A DNA stretch of 64,000 bases from Macrostomum hystrix (Eukaryota; Animalia; Platyhelminthes): NCBI GenBank assembly GCA_950097015.1, contig CATNEN010000038.1, positions 22,196,001-22,260,000 of the forward strand, in the 5' to 3' direction. Both the position numbers and the translations under genes were made by a program. Numbering within the stretch: position 1 is the first letter of the stretch; each line of letters starts with the position of its first letter. The notes under the pieces were generated by a model. The model was not told where the DNA came from. It saw only the letters and a list, made by a program, of their open reading frames with translations, and ran no database searches. Below, in pieces: positions 38,648 through 52,099 of the stretch.

Positions 38648-39199
38648 ATTTATAAGCTCTGAAATTCGCTGGTCTTTGTCATTTCATTGTCATCACAATA
38701 AAATAGCAAAACTTTGAAGCTGTAAACTATCATTTCTGCAATTTGACCATGAAACGATTGCAGCAGGTGCGAGCTCCACATCTTAAGCCAGCGATAAATT
38801 GTGTGTGATAAATAGAATACGTTCAAAGCCTATAATGTATGAGGCAGACCCGTTTTTAATACTGTACAATTTCAAACCAAATTGCCGCCAAAAACAATTT
38901 TTTCATTCGAGTGTTTGTTTGAATTGTTACGTGTCGCCCTTCCCCTTTGTGGACGGAAAACTAAATCCCTGATTTCTTAAAACTTTGATTTCCTTAATCG
39001 TTGATTTCCTAAATCTCTGATTTCCTAAGTCTCTGATTTCTTAAGTCTCTGATTTCCTAAATCCTTGATTTCTTAAATCGCTTATGTACAGGCGTAGTTA
39101 TCATTCATTTATTTACTCAATTTTTATTAATTAATTTATGTAGTTTTGACAGCGGGGTCAGACCCGATGCATTCTCGATTCTCGATCTACAATATCGAA

Positions 39200-39980
39200 G
39201 GGCTGGGTGCAGTATTGAAGGGCTGGGTGAAGAATCGAAGGGCTGGATGCAGTATTGTAGTGATGGGCGCAGTATTGTAGTGATGGGTGCAGTATTGTAG
39301 TGATGGGTGCAGTATTGTAGTGATGGGCGCAGTATTGTAGTGATGGGTGCAGTATTGTAGTGATGGGTGCAGTATTGTAGTGATGGGTGCAGTATTGTAG
39401 TGATGGGCGCAGTATTGTAGTGATGGGTGCAGTATTGTAGTGATGGGTGCAGTATTGTAGTGATGGGCGCAGTATTGTAGTGATGGGTGCAGTATTGTAG
39501 TGATGGGTGCAGTATTGTAGTGATGGGTGCAGTATTGTAGTGATGGGTGCAGTATTGTAGTGATGGGTGCAGTATTGTAGTGATGGGTGCAGTATTGTAG
39601 TGATGGGTGCAGTATTGTAGTGATGGGTGCAGTATTGTAGTGATGGGCGCAGTATTGTAGTGATGGGTGCAGTATTGTAGTGATGGGCGCAGTATTGTAG
39701 TGATGGGCGCAGTATTGTAGTGATGGGTGCAGTATTGTAGTGATGGGTGCAGTATTGTAGTGATGGGTGCAGTATTGTAGTGATGGGCGCAGTATTGTAG
39801 TGATGGGTGCAGTATTGTAGTGATGGGTGCAGTATTGTAGTGATGGGTGCAGTATTGTAGTGATGGGCGCAGTATTGTAGTGATGGGTGCAGTATTGTAG
39901 TGATGGGTGCAGTATTGTAGTGATGGGTGCAGTATTGTAGTGATGGGTGCAGTATTGTAGTGATGGGTGCAGTATTGAAG
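39200..39980. repeat. 20-bp minisatellite (GCAGTATTGTAGTGATGGGT)n; paralogues at 28352-28453 and 52655-53092
   Basis: Tandem units read directly. Confidence 0.96.
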
Positions 39981-40071
39981 GGTTTGAAGCAGAAAAAGGC
40001 CCAAATTTGTAAATCTATATATTCTGGGCCGGGCGAGACACCCACCTCAGCCCGCTGACTTGGACCTGGCA

Positions 40072-40282
40072 GCCTGGTGTACATAGCCAGGTGTACATAG
40101 CCAGGTGTACATAGCCAGGTGTTCATAGCCAGGTGTACATAGCCAGGGTGTACATAGCCAGGTGTACATAGCCAGATGTACATAGCCATGTGTATATTGC
40201 CAGGTGTACATAGCCAGGTGTACATAGCCAGGTGTACATAGCCACGTGTACATAGCCAGGTGTACATAGCCAGCTGTACATT
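40072..40282. repeat. 14-bp minisatellite (CCAGGTGTACATAG)n; paralogue 53184-53365, single unit at ~28853
   Basis: Tandem units read directly. Confidence 0.93.
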
Positions 40283-41017
40283 CAGTGATACGAGATAATG
40301 GTAAACAACGGCATATACGCGGCGCACTACAGTTGTTATTGATAATCACCAGGTTCTGTTAAGTAAGTTTGCTCACATATTTTGCTTGGTACAGTTGAGT
40401 AGGGTGAGTGCTTTGAATAAATTTGAATAAGAGAAACTGCACATAAAATATTATTTCCGCTACAGTCAGTAGAGTATTGTAGAGTTTTGTAGATTCCGTT
40501 TTAAATTTCTGCATTTGATGAGGAGTGGCCCATTGAACTTATGCTTCTGGTTAGAGTGTATTTTAATATATTTATTAAGCAATACTTGAGAACAGTAATT
40601 AGAACAGTTTATGACGCATTTTCGCATGCTTGAATGGCAGTCAGTCTGGGTGCAAAAAGCAGAGAAAATTCAGACAGAATCGTCTAAGGAAACTGGGCTT
40701 CTACGAGCTATGATATGATAAGAACATTTTTGGGACTGTCTGCCCAGCTACTGTAATAAATAGGCTGAGGTGACAACCAGATAGACATATTTGAGTCTTG
40801 AACATATTCTGCATGGATAATTGATCAGCCACTAGTGAGAGCAAAACAAATGAACGAACAGTTTCTTTTATTATTGATTGATTATGATAAATTAATTCAC
40901 AGAATATGAAATTCAAATTCATCTACTCCAGCTTAATAATCAGAATTGCAAAGCTATGCAAGAATTTCAAGCTCTAAAATCACTCAAAAATGTGCAGTGT
41001 GATGAATCTCTGGCTGA

Positions 41018-44000
41018 TCACGAAAGAAATTGGCTTACAGCAACAATCTCAATGTAGTCAGTGCAGCAGTCGCTGTCTGTGTCCTGCCTCTCCACAGCAG
41101 CACCAGCAGCAGCAGTCGCTGGTATGCTAACAATCAGGTAGCAGCACTCGGACTCGAAGCCGTTAGTTTTCTGAAATCAGAGCAGCCTTGAGCACTCATT
41201 CAGTTTCGGAAATGAAACGGAAACACTACTGACAAGTAGCATTGTAGCCAAGTAGCCATTGTAGCCAAGTAGCCATTGTAGCCAAGTAGCCATTGTAGCC
41301 AAGTAGCCATTGTAGCCAAGTAGCCATTGTAGCCAAGTAGCCATTGTAGCCAAGTGGCCATTGTAGCCATTGTAGCCTTGTAGCCAAGTAGCCATTGCAG
41401 CCAAGTAGCCATTGTAGCCAAGTAGCCATTGTAGCCTTGTAGCCAAGTAGCCATTGCAGCCAAGTAGCCATTGTAGCCAAGTAGCCATTGTAGCCGAGTA
41501 GCTATTGTAGCCAAGTAGCCATTGCAGCCAAGTAGCCATTGTAGCCAAGTAGCCATTGTAGCCATTGTAGCCTTGTAGCCAAGTAGCCATTGCAGCCAAG
41601 TAGCCATTGTAGCCAAGTAGCCATTGTAGCCTTGTAGCCAAGTAGCCATTGCAGCCAAGTAGCCATTGTAGCCAAGTAGCCATTGTAGCCGAGTAGCTAT
41701 TGTAGCCAAGTAGCCATTGCAGCCAAGTAGCCATTGTAGCCAAGTAGCCATTGCAGCCAAGTAGCCATTGTAGCCAAGTAGCCATTGTAGCCCAGTAGCC
41801 ACTGTAGCCAAGTAGCCATTGTAGCCAAGTAGCCGTTGTAGCCCAGTAGCCACCGTAGCCAAGTAGCCATTGTAGCCAAGTAGCCATTGTAGCCAAGTAG
41901 CCATTGTAGCCAAGTAGCCATTGTAGCCAAGTAGCCATTGTAGCCAAGTAGCCACTGTAGCCCAGTAGCCACCGTAGCCAAGTAGCCATTGTAGCCAAGT
42001 AGCCATTGTAGCCAAGTAGCCATTGTAGCCAAGTAGCCATTGTAGCCAAGTAGCCATTGTAGCCCAGTAGCCACTGTAGCCAAGTAGCCATTGTAGCCAA
42101 GTAGCCGTTGTAGCCCAGTAGCCACCGTAGCCAAGTAGCCATTGTAGCCAAGTAGCCATTGTAGCCAAGTAGCCATTGTAGCCAAGTAGCCATTGTAGCC
42201 AAGTAGCCATTGTAGCCAAGTAGCCACTGTAGCCCAGTAGCCACCGTAGCCAAGTAGCCATTGTAGCCAAGTAGCCATTGTAGCCAAGTAGCCATTGTAG
42301 CCAAGTAGCCATCGAGATTAATGGATAAGCAACGTGGCATTTCTCGGACAGGACTGTCCCTGTTTGCTCGCTGAATTCTAAGTGACTCGTTGACTCACCT
42401 AATTAGCAGGATGAGACACCTCAGGTGACACTTTCGATTCCTCCTGAATGCCCGAGCTTAGGTTGAGCCCGGCTGCTGAAGGCTCAGTTGACGGCACTCG
42501 GAGCTGCAATGGAAAGGTTCAGAGCCGTCAGCTGCTGAAGGGCACGATCGCCACATTTTCCTGCACTGACCTTCGAGATGAGCAGAAAGCATGCAGCGCA
42601 GACGACAGACACAACAACGAAGACGATGATGGCTGAGACAACAATCGTGAAAGTCGTGAGCCCAGCCCCAGGGCAGACGAGTCGAGCCGTGGTGTGAACA
42701 GGTGAGCCGACAGTCATGTTCTCAGGGAGGTTCTGTGACGCACTGCAGTTGACAAAGACTTCGCTCCTGCTCATGTCATGCTCAACACCGCTGTCGAGCG
42801 ACCACGTGCTAAGGAGGCTCCTGTTGTCTGGTACCTGAAGTTTCATATAGTACAGTGTGTTGCCACCAAGTCTTTCAAGAATCATACGGAATGCAACTCA
42901 CCAGTGAAAGCCGAGAGACATTTTTTGTAGCCAAGTAGCCAAGTAGCCATTGAAACCAAGTAGCCATTGTAGGCATGTAGCCATTTTTTCATTTGAGATA
43001 CATTTTTTTCCTTGAGTTTGCCAGCTTGAAAGTTGCACGTGTGCTCAGGCATTGGGTGAGAAGCCGATGATCTGAACTGTACCGTTATTCTTGCCATGCT
43101 TTTGCAGCTTTCCAGGAATTTTATCGATAGACTCGATGGCGGGTCTGGCGGGAATTTTGAGGTGCTTTCAAAAATTGCTGCTGAAGAATTTTTTATGAGG
43201 AGCAAATAGTAGAAATATTCTGGATGCTCACTCACACAGCACGTTGACTGGGGTCTGCGTCTGCACAGAGCCAAGGCTGCAAGAGTAATTTCCTGAGTGC
43301 TCAGGGAGTGCTCGAGCCACTGCTGTCTTGTGATCTTCAATGCAGGTACCGTTCGGAAGGCAGAGCTGGAGCCCGCTTGAGTTTGAGCACAGCATTGAGC
43401 TGTTGCAGTGCAGCTCGCATCTCACAGCGAAACTCGAGTTGACGGCCACAAACTGATCCGCGGAAGCCGCTGAAAAAATATTTTGACCAGCTTGTATGAT
43501 AAACAGATAAACAAATAGCGATCGAATACATTTTATGTGACTGAAGTCTCTGTGACGAGGTAAAGGCAGGATGGGAATCAAGTATCGATTTTCGTTGATG
43601 AGGAGCTAATTTCTCAACGATTTCATGAGTTCCATTAATCAGCATGATCGTTGAATTGGCTATTGGCGTTTCAATTGGCTTTGGGTGTTTGCTACCCTGT
43701 CCTGTCTGTTTTGCTGTCTGCTTACCTTGGATTCTTCACAGTCAGTTCTGACTTCGCTCTAATTCTATCTAATTCTCTACATTTTCCGCCTTCTGATTGG
43801 TCCGCCTCTCACTTTCTAGCCTCCTCTCTTACCCTCAGTCGCGCACTCTCTTGTTATCGCCACGCCAACCCCCTCCAGTCTGTCCAACTTAACCATGCGC
43901 ATATTCGAGTCGTGTATAGCCAAGGACACAGCGCCCTGTCACTTTCGCTTCTCTTCTCTCCATTGGCTACCCGCAGGCCAGCTTAAAAAATTATTGCTTC

Positions 44001-47000
44001 TCTTAATTTCTCGACACTCCTTCCAAGCAAATCGGAAAATAACTCGAGCAATTCTCTATTATTCCTTATTGTGTTTAAATTGGCTTTCGGCTTTTCTAAT
44101 TTAACTAATTTCCCCAGGCTAACTTCTGCATTGTGCTATTTTTGACCGTTTGTCTAATTTGTCCGAGCTACGATTTGAAGGGTAAAAATGTCTCGCTTTC
44201 AGTCCCTTATAATTCTTTAAATGAAAGTAGTAAATCTGCTCACAGAGCACGGTGACTGAGGTCAGCGTCTGCACAGAGTTAAGTCTGCAAGAGTACATTC
44301 CTGAGTGATCAGGCAGAGCTTGAGCCACTGCAGTCTTGTGATCTTTAATGCAGGTACCGTTCGGAAGGCAGAGGTGGAGTCCGCTTGAGTTTGAGCACAG
44401 CATTGAGCTGTTGCAGTGCAGCTCGCATCTCACAGTGAAACTCGAGTTGACGGCCACAAACTGATCCTCAGAGGCCGCTGAAAAAAATGTTTTGACCAGC
44501 TTGTATGATAAACAGATAAACAAATAGCCCTTTCATGCCCTTGTTATTCTTTAAAAGTTATAAACAGTTATAAAAGTTCTTTAAATGTTATAAAATTGTA
44601 GAAAATCTGCTCACAGAGCACGGCGACTGGGGTCTGCGTCTGCACAGAGCCAAGTCTGCAAGAGTACATTCCAGAGTGATGAGGCAGAGCTTGAGCCACT
44701 GCTGTCTCATGTTCTGCAATGCAGGTACCGTTCGGAAGGCAGAGCTGGAGCCCGCTTGAGTTTGAGCACAGCATTGAGCTGTTGCAGTGCAGCTCGCATC
44801 TCACAGCGAAACTCGAGTTGACGGCCACAAACTGATCCGCGGAAGCCGCTGAAAAAATATTTTGACCAGCTTGTATGATAAACAGATAAACAAATAGCGA
44901 TCGAATACATTTTATGTGACTGAAGTCTCTGTGACGAGGTAAAGGCAGGATGGGAATCAAGTATCGATTTTCGTTGATGAGGAGCTAATTTCTCAACGAT
45001 TTCATGAGTTCCATTAATCAGCATGATCGTTGAATTGGCTATTGGCGTTTCAATTGGCTTTGGGTGTTTGCTACCCTGTCCTGTCTGTTTTGCTGTCTGC
45101 TTACCTTGGATTCTTCACAGTCAGTTCTGACTTCGCTCTAATTCTATCTAATTCTCTACATTTTCCGCCTTCTGATTGGTCCGCCTCTCACTTTCTAGCC
45201 TCCTCTCTTACCCTCAGTCGCGCACTCTCTTGTTATCGCCACGCCAACCCCCTCCAGTCTGTCCAACTTAACCATGCGCATATTCGAGTCGTGTATAGCC
45301 AAGGACACAGCGCCCTGTCACTTTCGCTTCTCTTCTCTCCATTGGCTACCCGCAGGCCAGCTTAAAAAATTATTGCTTCTCTTAATTTCTCGACACTCCT
45401 TCCAAGCAAATCGGAAAATAACTCGAGCAATTCTCAATTATTCCTTCTTGTGTTTAAATTGGCTTTCGGCTTTTCTAATTTAACTAATTTCCCCAGGCTA
45501 ACTTCTGCATTGTGCTATTTTTGACCGTTTGTCTAATTTGTCCGAGCTACGATTTGAAGGGTAAAAATGTCCCGCTTTCAGGCCCTTATAATTCTTTAAA
45601 AGAAAGTAGTAAATCTGCTCACAGAGCACGGTGACTGAGGTCAGCGTCTGCACAGAGTTAAGTCTGCAAGAGTACATTCCTGAGTGATCAGGCAGAGCTT
45701 GAGCCACTGCAGTCTTGTGATCTTTAATGCAGGTACCGTTCGGAATGCAGAGGTGGAGTCCGCTTGAGTTTGAGCACAGCATTGAGCTGTTGCAGTGCAG
45801 CTCGCATCTCACAGTGAAACTCGAGTTGACGGCCACAACCTGATCCTCGGAGGCCGCTGAGAAAATGTTTTGACCAGGTTGTATGATAAACAGATAAACA
45901 AATAGCCCTTTCATGCCCTTGTTATTCTTTAAAAGTTATTAACAGTTATAAAAGTTCTTTAAATGTTATAAAATTGTAGAAAATCTGCTCACAGAGCACG
46001 GCGACTGAGGTCTGCTTGCTGACAGAGCCAAGTCTGCAAGAGTACATTCCAGAGTGATGAGGCAGAGCTTGAGCCACTGCTGTCTCATGTTCTGCAATGC
46101 AGGTACCGTTCGGAAGGCAGAGCTGGAGACCGCGAGAGTTGAAGCACATCCGAGAGTTGTTGCAGTGCATCTCGCAGCTCACAGAGAATCTCGACTTGAG
46201 GGCCACCACCTGATCTACTGAGGTGGCTGGAATATAAGTTAGCATTGAAATTTCAAGCTCAACCTGTGCGTTTCCTGCTTGAGAAATTGCTTTAAAATTG
46301 AACTCACTCAGTACACTGACAGGGGATGTTGCTGTAATTGATCCGAATCTGCACCTGTAGTCACCTGAGTGCTCAGGTTGAGCACTGCCAATGTGCAGCT
46401 CATGGCCATTTATGCAGCTGCCGTTGGGAGAGCACAGCTGCAGCTCGCTTGAGCTCGAGTTGAGTTTTGCTCCTTTGCAGTCCAGCAAGCAGCTCACACT
46501 GAACTTTGAGCCCTGAGGCACCAGCTGAGGCGCTGAGTATCCTGGAGATTTACAAATCATCCAATTGACATTGTAGAATTTTCCTTCCACAACAATAGGT
46601 CCATAGTAAAAGACCCGAACTCACTCAGATACACAGTCTGAAGCCTGAGATCTGCGAAGCTCATGTAGTCCTCATTATTAGGCGACACAGAAATGTCCCT
46701 TCGCAGCAGCAAGTACCTCACCTGGAGTTCAGATGAAATCTCAGTGGGATCCAGAACTCAACAGAGCACAACTCAAGGCACAGAGCAGGTCTCACCTCCG
46801 CTAAGCAGTTCACGGTGAAGATCTCACCAGCCTCGATACGCGCCTGCTTGCTCACCGTCAGGCCGCACCGTCTCCAGAGATGCTGAGACTCTCTGAACTG
46901 GCTGCTCATGTTTCTTGAGCTGCAGTGATCACCTGAGAACAGTTGTCTGTTGCTGCTCGATGTCCAGATCTCGATGTCTCTGGCTCTCGAGTAGAGATGT

Positions 47001-47368
47001 GTAGCGTCATCTAAAAGTGAGAACTTCACGACTAAGCAGTGGAAGCTGATTGCATGGAAAAAATAGGCCAGTGACTCACCCTCTCTGCCCTTCACAGTGA
47101 CTGATTTTATGAGTAATGGCCTACGCAGCCACAATGCGAACCAATGAAATCCTCCGTCTGCTTGGCTTCTGTCTTTGCTGTGGAAGAACGCGTAGCTGGG
47201 GATAACATTTTCCTCTTCGGCATAGCTTCTGCTGTTGAAGCAAGACATTCTTCCGCGGATAATCTCAAAGGACGACTGCCAGGAGTTATCGACATTGTAC
47301 TTGCGAATCGGCAACTCACAGGCTGCAGTTGCCATGGAAACTTGCAGTGCCAGGATCAGCAGAAGCAT
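41018..47368 (-). CDS. Receptor copy 2: lectin domain plus 6 Ig exons, frameshifted before the TM (secreted form or pseudogene)
   Basis: Ig exons 46308-46541, 45993-46226, 45623-45856, 44615-44848, 44244-44477, 43236-43469 (all 234 nt). Exon 42902-43180 is 279 nt versus 296 nt in copy 1, giving ...AFT|GTRQQEPP* before the TM. Tail exon 41018-41170. Confidence 0.72.
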
Positions 47369-48223
47369 GGCCTTGGCCAGTTTGAGAATTTCAAAATCAG
47401 TGAAAAGTTGAGCTTCTGAAATGAACCCAGAAATTATAGCGGATTCGCTATGGCGTCCTATTTGAATGAATCGGCACCTGCGATATGATTTGATGATCCA
47501 GAGAGTAGCACTGTTCACAGCAAATCTAATAAAAGGCACAATCTGCTTTATGTCGAAGCTTGGACCAAGTTGTGTTGCTGCCAGTTCATTTGTCTGCACT
47601 TGTTCTTTCTTGTTCTTTCTTTTTCTTGCTCGATAATATAGCTTTTTCAATCCTTTTTGGTTCTTTCTGCGTTCAAATTGGTGCGTGGCTGTCAGCAGTA
47701 TGACGTGGCAGCGGTGTCGGGATGTACCATAGAAGACAGAATCAATTCGGTAAAAACTGCGAGCACTTTAGGTCACATGGGGGAGGCATAGCCGAGACGA
47801 AGAATTGCGCAGAGGGGATGATACGCTAAGGGTCGGTCAGTTAGGCAAGCAGAAAGTGTTATCTACGATAGATTTTTACTATCGGATTAAAACCCTTGCA
47901 ACAGACTGACAGATGCACGACATGTATACGATGAGTGCATAAAAATAAACGTGAATGACCAATACGGCTAACAATTTGGTGACTTGTGGTACCACTTCTT
48001 AACGTCTCGGTGAATTTCGTGTTGTAAGGGTCAGTCATGACATCAGTTGCTTTTGATCCAGCACCACATTTTTGCACCAGCCGGATTATCGAAGCTTTCA
48101 AAGAAATGTTGCCTCCATTTGCACTGCTTCAGTGTTAGGATGCCAATAACGCACGCTTCTATTTCGTAAACTTCGTGGACACGGATTATGTCTACGTCTT
48201 CTGGCACATTATTATTATTATTA

Positions 48224-48963
48224 TTATTGAAATGCACACGCCGTTTCGGGCAGGCTTTTTTGATTATTTAATGTTGGTTTCACCTTCATGCGAAACCCAA
48301 GATATGTCCACTGCTGCACGGATTCAACCAGTTGACCATGTAAAAACATTCTATGTGCTGCCCTTGAGTGGAGATTGCAGCTCAGAAGCTTTGTCTTCTC
48401 AGTGTTTATTTCTAATTTCTGAATATTGCTAAAATCTGCTACTTTGTGGTGGTTATCTTGTAATTCTGTCAGGTCTTCACCAAAAATGACCAAACCGTCA
48501 CAATCAAGAAGGTTTTTTAAAATACTTCTTCATTCAATATGGAGGTATGGCTTTGAAATGAGTTTTTTAGAATTGTGCTTAGCGGGTCGATGTATAGGGA
48601 GAATAGCAGTGGAGATAGGGGGCATCCTTGTCTGACGCCATTAGTGATTCGACACGCCTCAGCAGCCGTGCTTTCTGACATCTTGAGGTGAAATTTCGCG
48701 CTTGAGTACATACTTTCAATGATGCTTATTATTGCTGGGTTCACGCCCAACTGCTTTAATCGTGTGACCAGGGTTGGGTGATGAACCATGCCAAAGGTGC
48801 TTTTTAAATCAAAGAAAACTAAATGGAAAGGTTTTTTCTGTTTCTTCTTTTTATGAATTAATGTCAATAGGGTTGCGATGTGATCGGAAGTCCGGCAGCC
48901 TTTTCTGTTTCCAATTCGATATTGCAATTTCAACAATTGAAATGAGGAATGACAGATAAACAA
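48224..48963 (-). pseudogene. Degenerate non-LTR RT fragment (unit 2 copy)
   Basis: Near-identical to 35122-35861. Confidence 0.85.
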
Positions 48964-49221
48964 AGCTACACAAAATTATAACATGGTTAAGTAAAATAGC
49001 AGATCTTTCGTTACCCAATTTTCCGTTACCAGATGGTCAGTTTCGATCGGTACCGCCATCACCGTTAATTTTTTGGTAACGCGCCTAACCCTGATTGCAC
49101 CTTTGGGAGCTCATATCTGTTCGTAAAAACAAGTATATTAGACTTGTTTCCCCAGACAGTTTCACGCAGATGTTTTTCCCGCGGATTCTCTCCCGCCGTG
49201 GAAAATCAGGAAAAGCTCGTC

Positions 49222-50490
49222 GGGAAAAGCTCCTGCGGAAAAACCTTGTTGTGGGAAAAGCTCCTGCGGAAAAACCTTGTTGTGGGAAAAGCTCCCGCGG
49301 GAAAACGTTGTTGTGGGAAAAGCTCACACGGGAAAACGTTGTTGTGGGAAAAGCTCGCACGGGAAAACCTTGTTGTGGGAAAAGCTCCTGCGGGAAAACG
49401 TTGTTGTGCGAAAAGCTCCCGCGGGAAAACCTTGTTGTGGGAAAAGCTCCTGCAGGAAAACCTTGTTGTGGGAAAAGCTCCCGCGGGAAAACCTTGTTGT
49501 GGGAAAAGCTCGCACGGGAAAACGTTGTTGTGGGAAAAGCTCCCGCGGGAAAGCCTTGTTGTGGGAAAAGCTCCCGCGGGAAAGCCTTGTTGTGGGAAAA
49601 GCTCGCACGAGAAAACCTAGTTGTGGGAAAAGATCCCGCGGGAAAGCCTTGTTGTGGGAAAAGCTCCCGCGGGAAAACGTTGTTGTGGGAAAAGCTCCCG
49701 CGGGAAAGCCTTGTTGTGGGAAAAGCTCCCGCGGGAAAACGTTGTTGTGGGAAAAGCTCGCACGGGAAAACGTTGTTGTGGGAAAAGCTCGCACGGGAAA
49801 ACCTTGTTGTGGGAAAAGCTCCTGCGGGAAAACGTTGTTGTGGGAAAAGCTCCCGCGGGAAAACCTAGTCGTGGGAAAAGCTCCTGCGGGAAAACCTTGT
49901 TGTGGGAAAAGCTCCTGCGGGAAAACCTTGTTGTGGGAAAAGCTCCTGCGGGAAAACCTTGTTGTGGGAAAAGCTCCCGCGGGAAAACCTAGTCGTGGGA
50001 AAAGCTCCTGCGGGAAAACCTTGTTGTGGGAAAAGCTCCTGCGGGAAAACGTTGTTGTGGGAAAAGCTCCTGCGGGAAAACCTTGTTGTGGGAAAAGCTC
50101 CTGCGGGAAAACCTTGTTGTGGGAAAAGCTCCTGCGGGAAAACGTTGTTGTGCGAAAAGCTCCCGGGGAAAACCTTGTTGTGGGAAAAGCTCCTGCGGGA
50201 AAACCTAGTCGTGGGAAAAGCTCCTGCGGGAAAACCTAGTTGTGGGAAAAGCTCCTGCGGGAAAACCTTGTTGTGGGAAAAGCTCCCGCGGGAAAACCTA
50301 GTCGTGGGAAAAGCTCCTGCGGGAAAACCTAGTTGTGCGAAAAGCTCCCGGGGAAAACCTAGTTGTGGGAAAAGCTCCTGCGGGAAAACCTAGTTGTGGG
50401 AAAAGCTCCTGCGGGAAAACCTTGTTGTGGGAAAAGCTCCCGCGGGAAAACCTAGTCGTGGGAAAAGCTCCTGCGGGAAAACCTTGTTGC
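49222..50490. repeat. 31-bp minisatellite (unit 2 copy)
   Basis: Same unit as 36180-37368. Confidence 0.96.
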
Positions 50491-51093
50491 TTTTAGAAGA
50501 TCTTGCTGGCCTGGAAGAGAGACGGCATCAGAAATGTGATGAAACTGTATTGCGAATTAAAGTATTTGCATAGGCCCTAATTTGTGGGAAAGACTTGTAT
50601 GGATCTAAAATACAGACATCCGATAAACTAATTGAGGTACTCACTCATCATTCAGCTGGCTGGATGAGATGGCGTTGGCATCTCCAATGAGTTGCCTCAT
50701 CTGTGAAATGATAGCCTCTTGGGACTCGTTGTACATGCAATTACGCACTTGGTGCATGCTGAAGGTGCAGAAAAGTGTTCGACCAGCAGCTGATGTTGCT
50801 TGAGGTGATGCTGCTGCTGCTGCTGCTTGGCCATTGGCAGCGATAAATTCCATATTAGGGGGCCTATCTGAAGCCGCTGGCGAGCCGTGTTGACAGCCGT
50901 CAACAGTCACAATAGAATGCTCACTGCCACTGAGCAAGTCTTCTAAAAAACTACAATGGAATCACCAATTGACAATAATAGCAATAAAGGTAATAATCGC
51001 GCCGAATTAAAAGCTGTCTTAGAACACTTCTTTTTTATTCCAAACAGTCCTGCTTTTATCTCTGCTGAATCTACGCAAAACATAGGGACTCTA

Positions 51094-51412
51094 GAATAGA
51101 ATAGAATAGAACTACACCTGGCAGGCTGCAAGCAGCCAGTTTTTGCCAGATGTACAGTCAAGGCACAGCCGCAGCGAGTGCGCGGCGCATCCGAGACTGT
51201 GTACGGCTGTCACAGAGTTACTGTGGGGGGTCGCCACTCCACCCTTTCTATTCCCCAGCTTGCGCTGGTACCCAATCACAGCTGGGTGAACTGGAGCAAT
51301 ACGTGGTTAAGTGCCTTGCTCAAGGACACAGATCGCCGCCCGGTCCGGGAGTCGAACCATGGACCTTTAAGTCCTGAGTCTGACGCCCTAACCACTAGGC
51401 CACGGCTCCACT
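51094..51412 (-). mobile_element. Young CORE-type tRNA SINE
   Basis: Perfect 12-bp TSD ATAGGGACTCTA (51082-51093, 51413-51424); empty site at ~37961 in unit 1; A box TGGCCTAGTGG, B box GGTTCGACTCC, CORE-like TGTGTCCTTGAGCAAGGCACTTAACC, (TTCTA)n tail. Confidence 0.92.
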
Positions 51413-51670
51413 ATAGGGACTCTATAAGTGGGCTATCGCTCTCTCTCACCCATGTGAGTGTGGATGAAATCTTTTTTCTATTCGCAGTAAATAATATACT
51501 TGTAAATCTCACCGATTAAAAAGTGCCAATCTCTGGCAGTACCAGGTCCAATCTTTTAACAGCCTGAAGCCAATTATTAAGTAATCATTAAGTAAGTAGT
51601 TCAATAGCGTTTCTTTCACTAACGAAAGAAAATGATCATTAAGTAAAGATTGCTGTTTTAAAGCTGCTTC

Positions 51671-52099
51671 TTGGATATTTCTTGGATTGGCTCATTCTTA
51701 GCTGGTGTTCCGTTGCTATTAGGCCCGGTAACTTCGGTGCTGATTGATCGATACGGATGTCGATCTGTTACAATAGCCGGGGGCCCCATATCCGGCTTGG
51801 GCTTTGTTTTAACCTTCTTTTTGCCGCGGAGCACTTTGCTGTTTATATTCTCGGCCGGATTATTGACTGGCTTAGGACTCGGCTTAGCCTTCATGCCAGC
51901 TGTTGTGGCCGTGTCCTGTTATTTCTTAGAAAGACGCGCTTTAGCCACAGGCCTAGCAATGTCCGGGTCTGGCGTTGGCACCGTTGTATTCGCCTACATC
52001 ACCCGAGCTTGCATTGAAGAGTACACGTGGCAGGGCGGCTTCTTAATAATTGGCGGCATGCTGTTGAATCTATGCGTCTGCGGTGCTGTAGGCGAATGA
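51671..52099 (+). pseudogene. Orphan SLC16/MCT exon (unit 2 copy)
   Basis: As 38219-38647, with T>I and an L>P substitution in a predicted TM segment. Confidence 0.75.
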
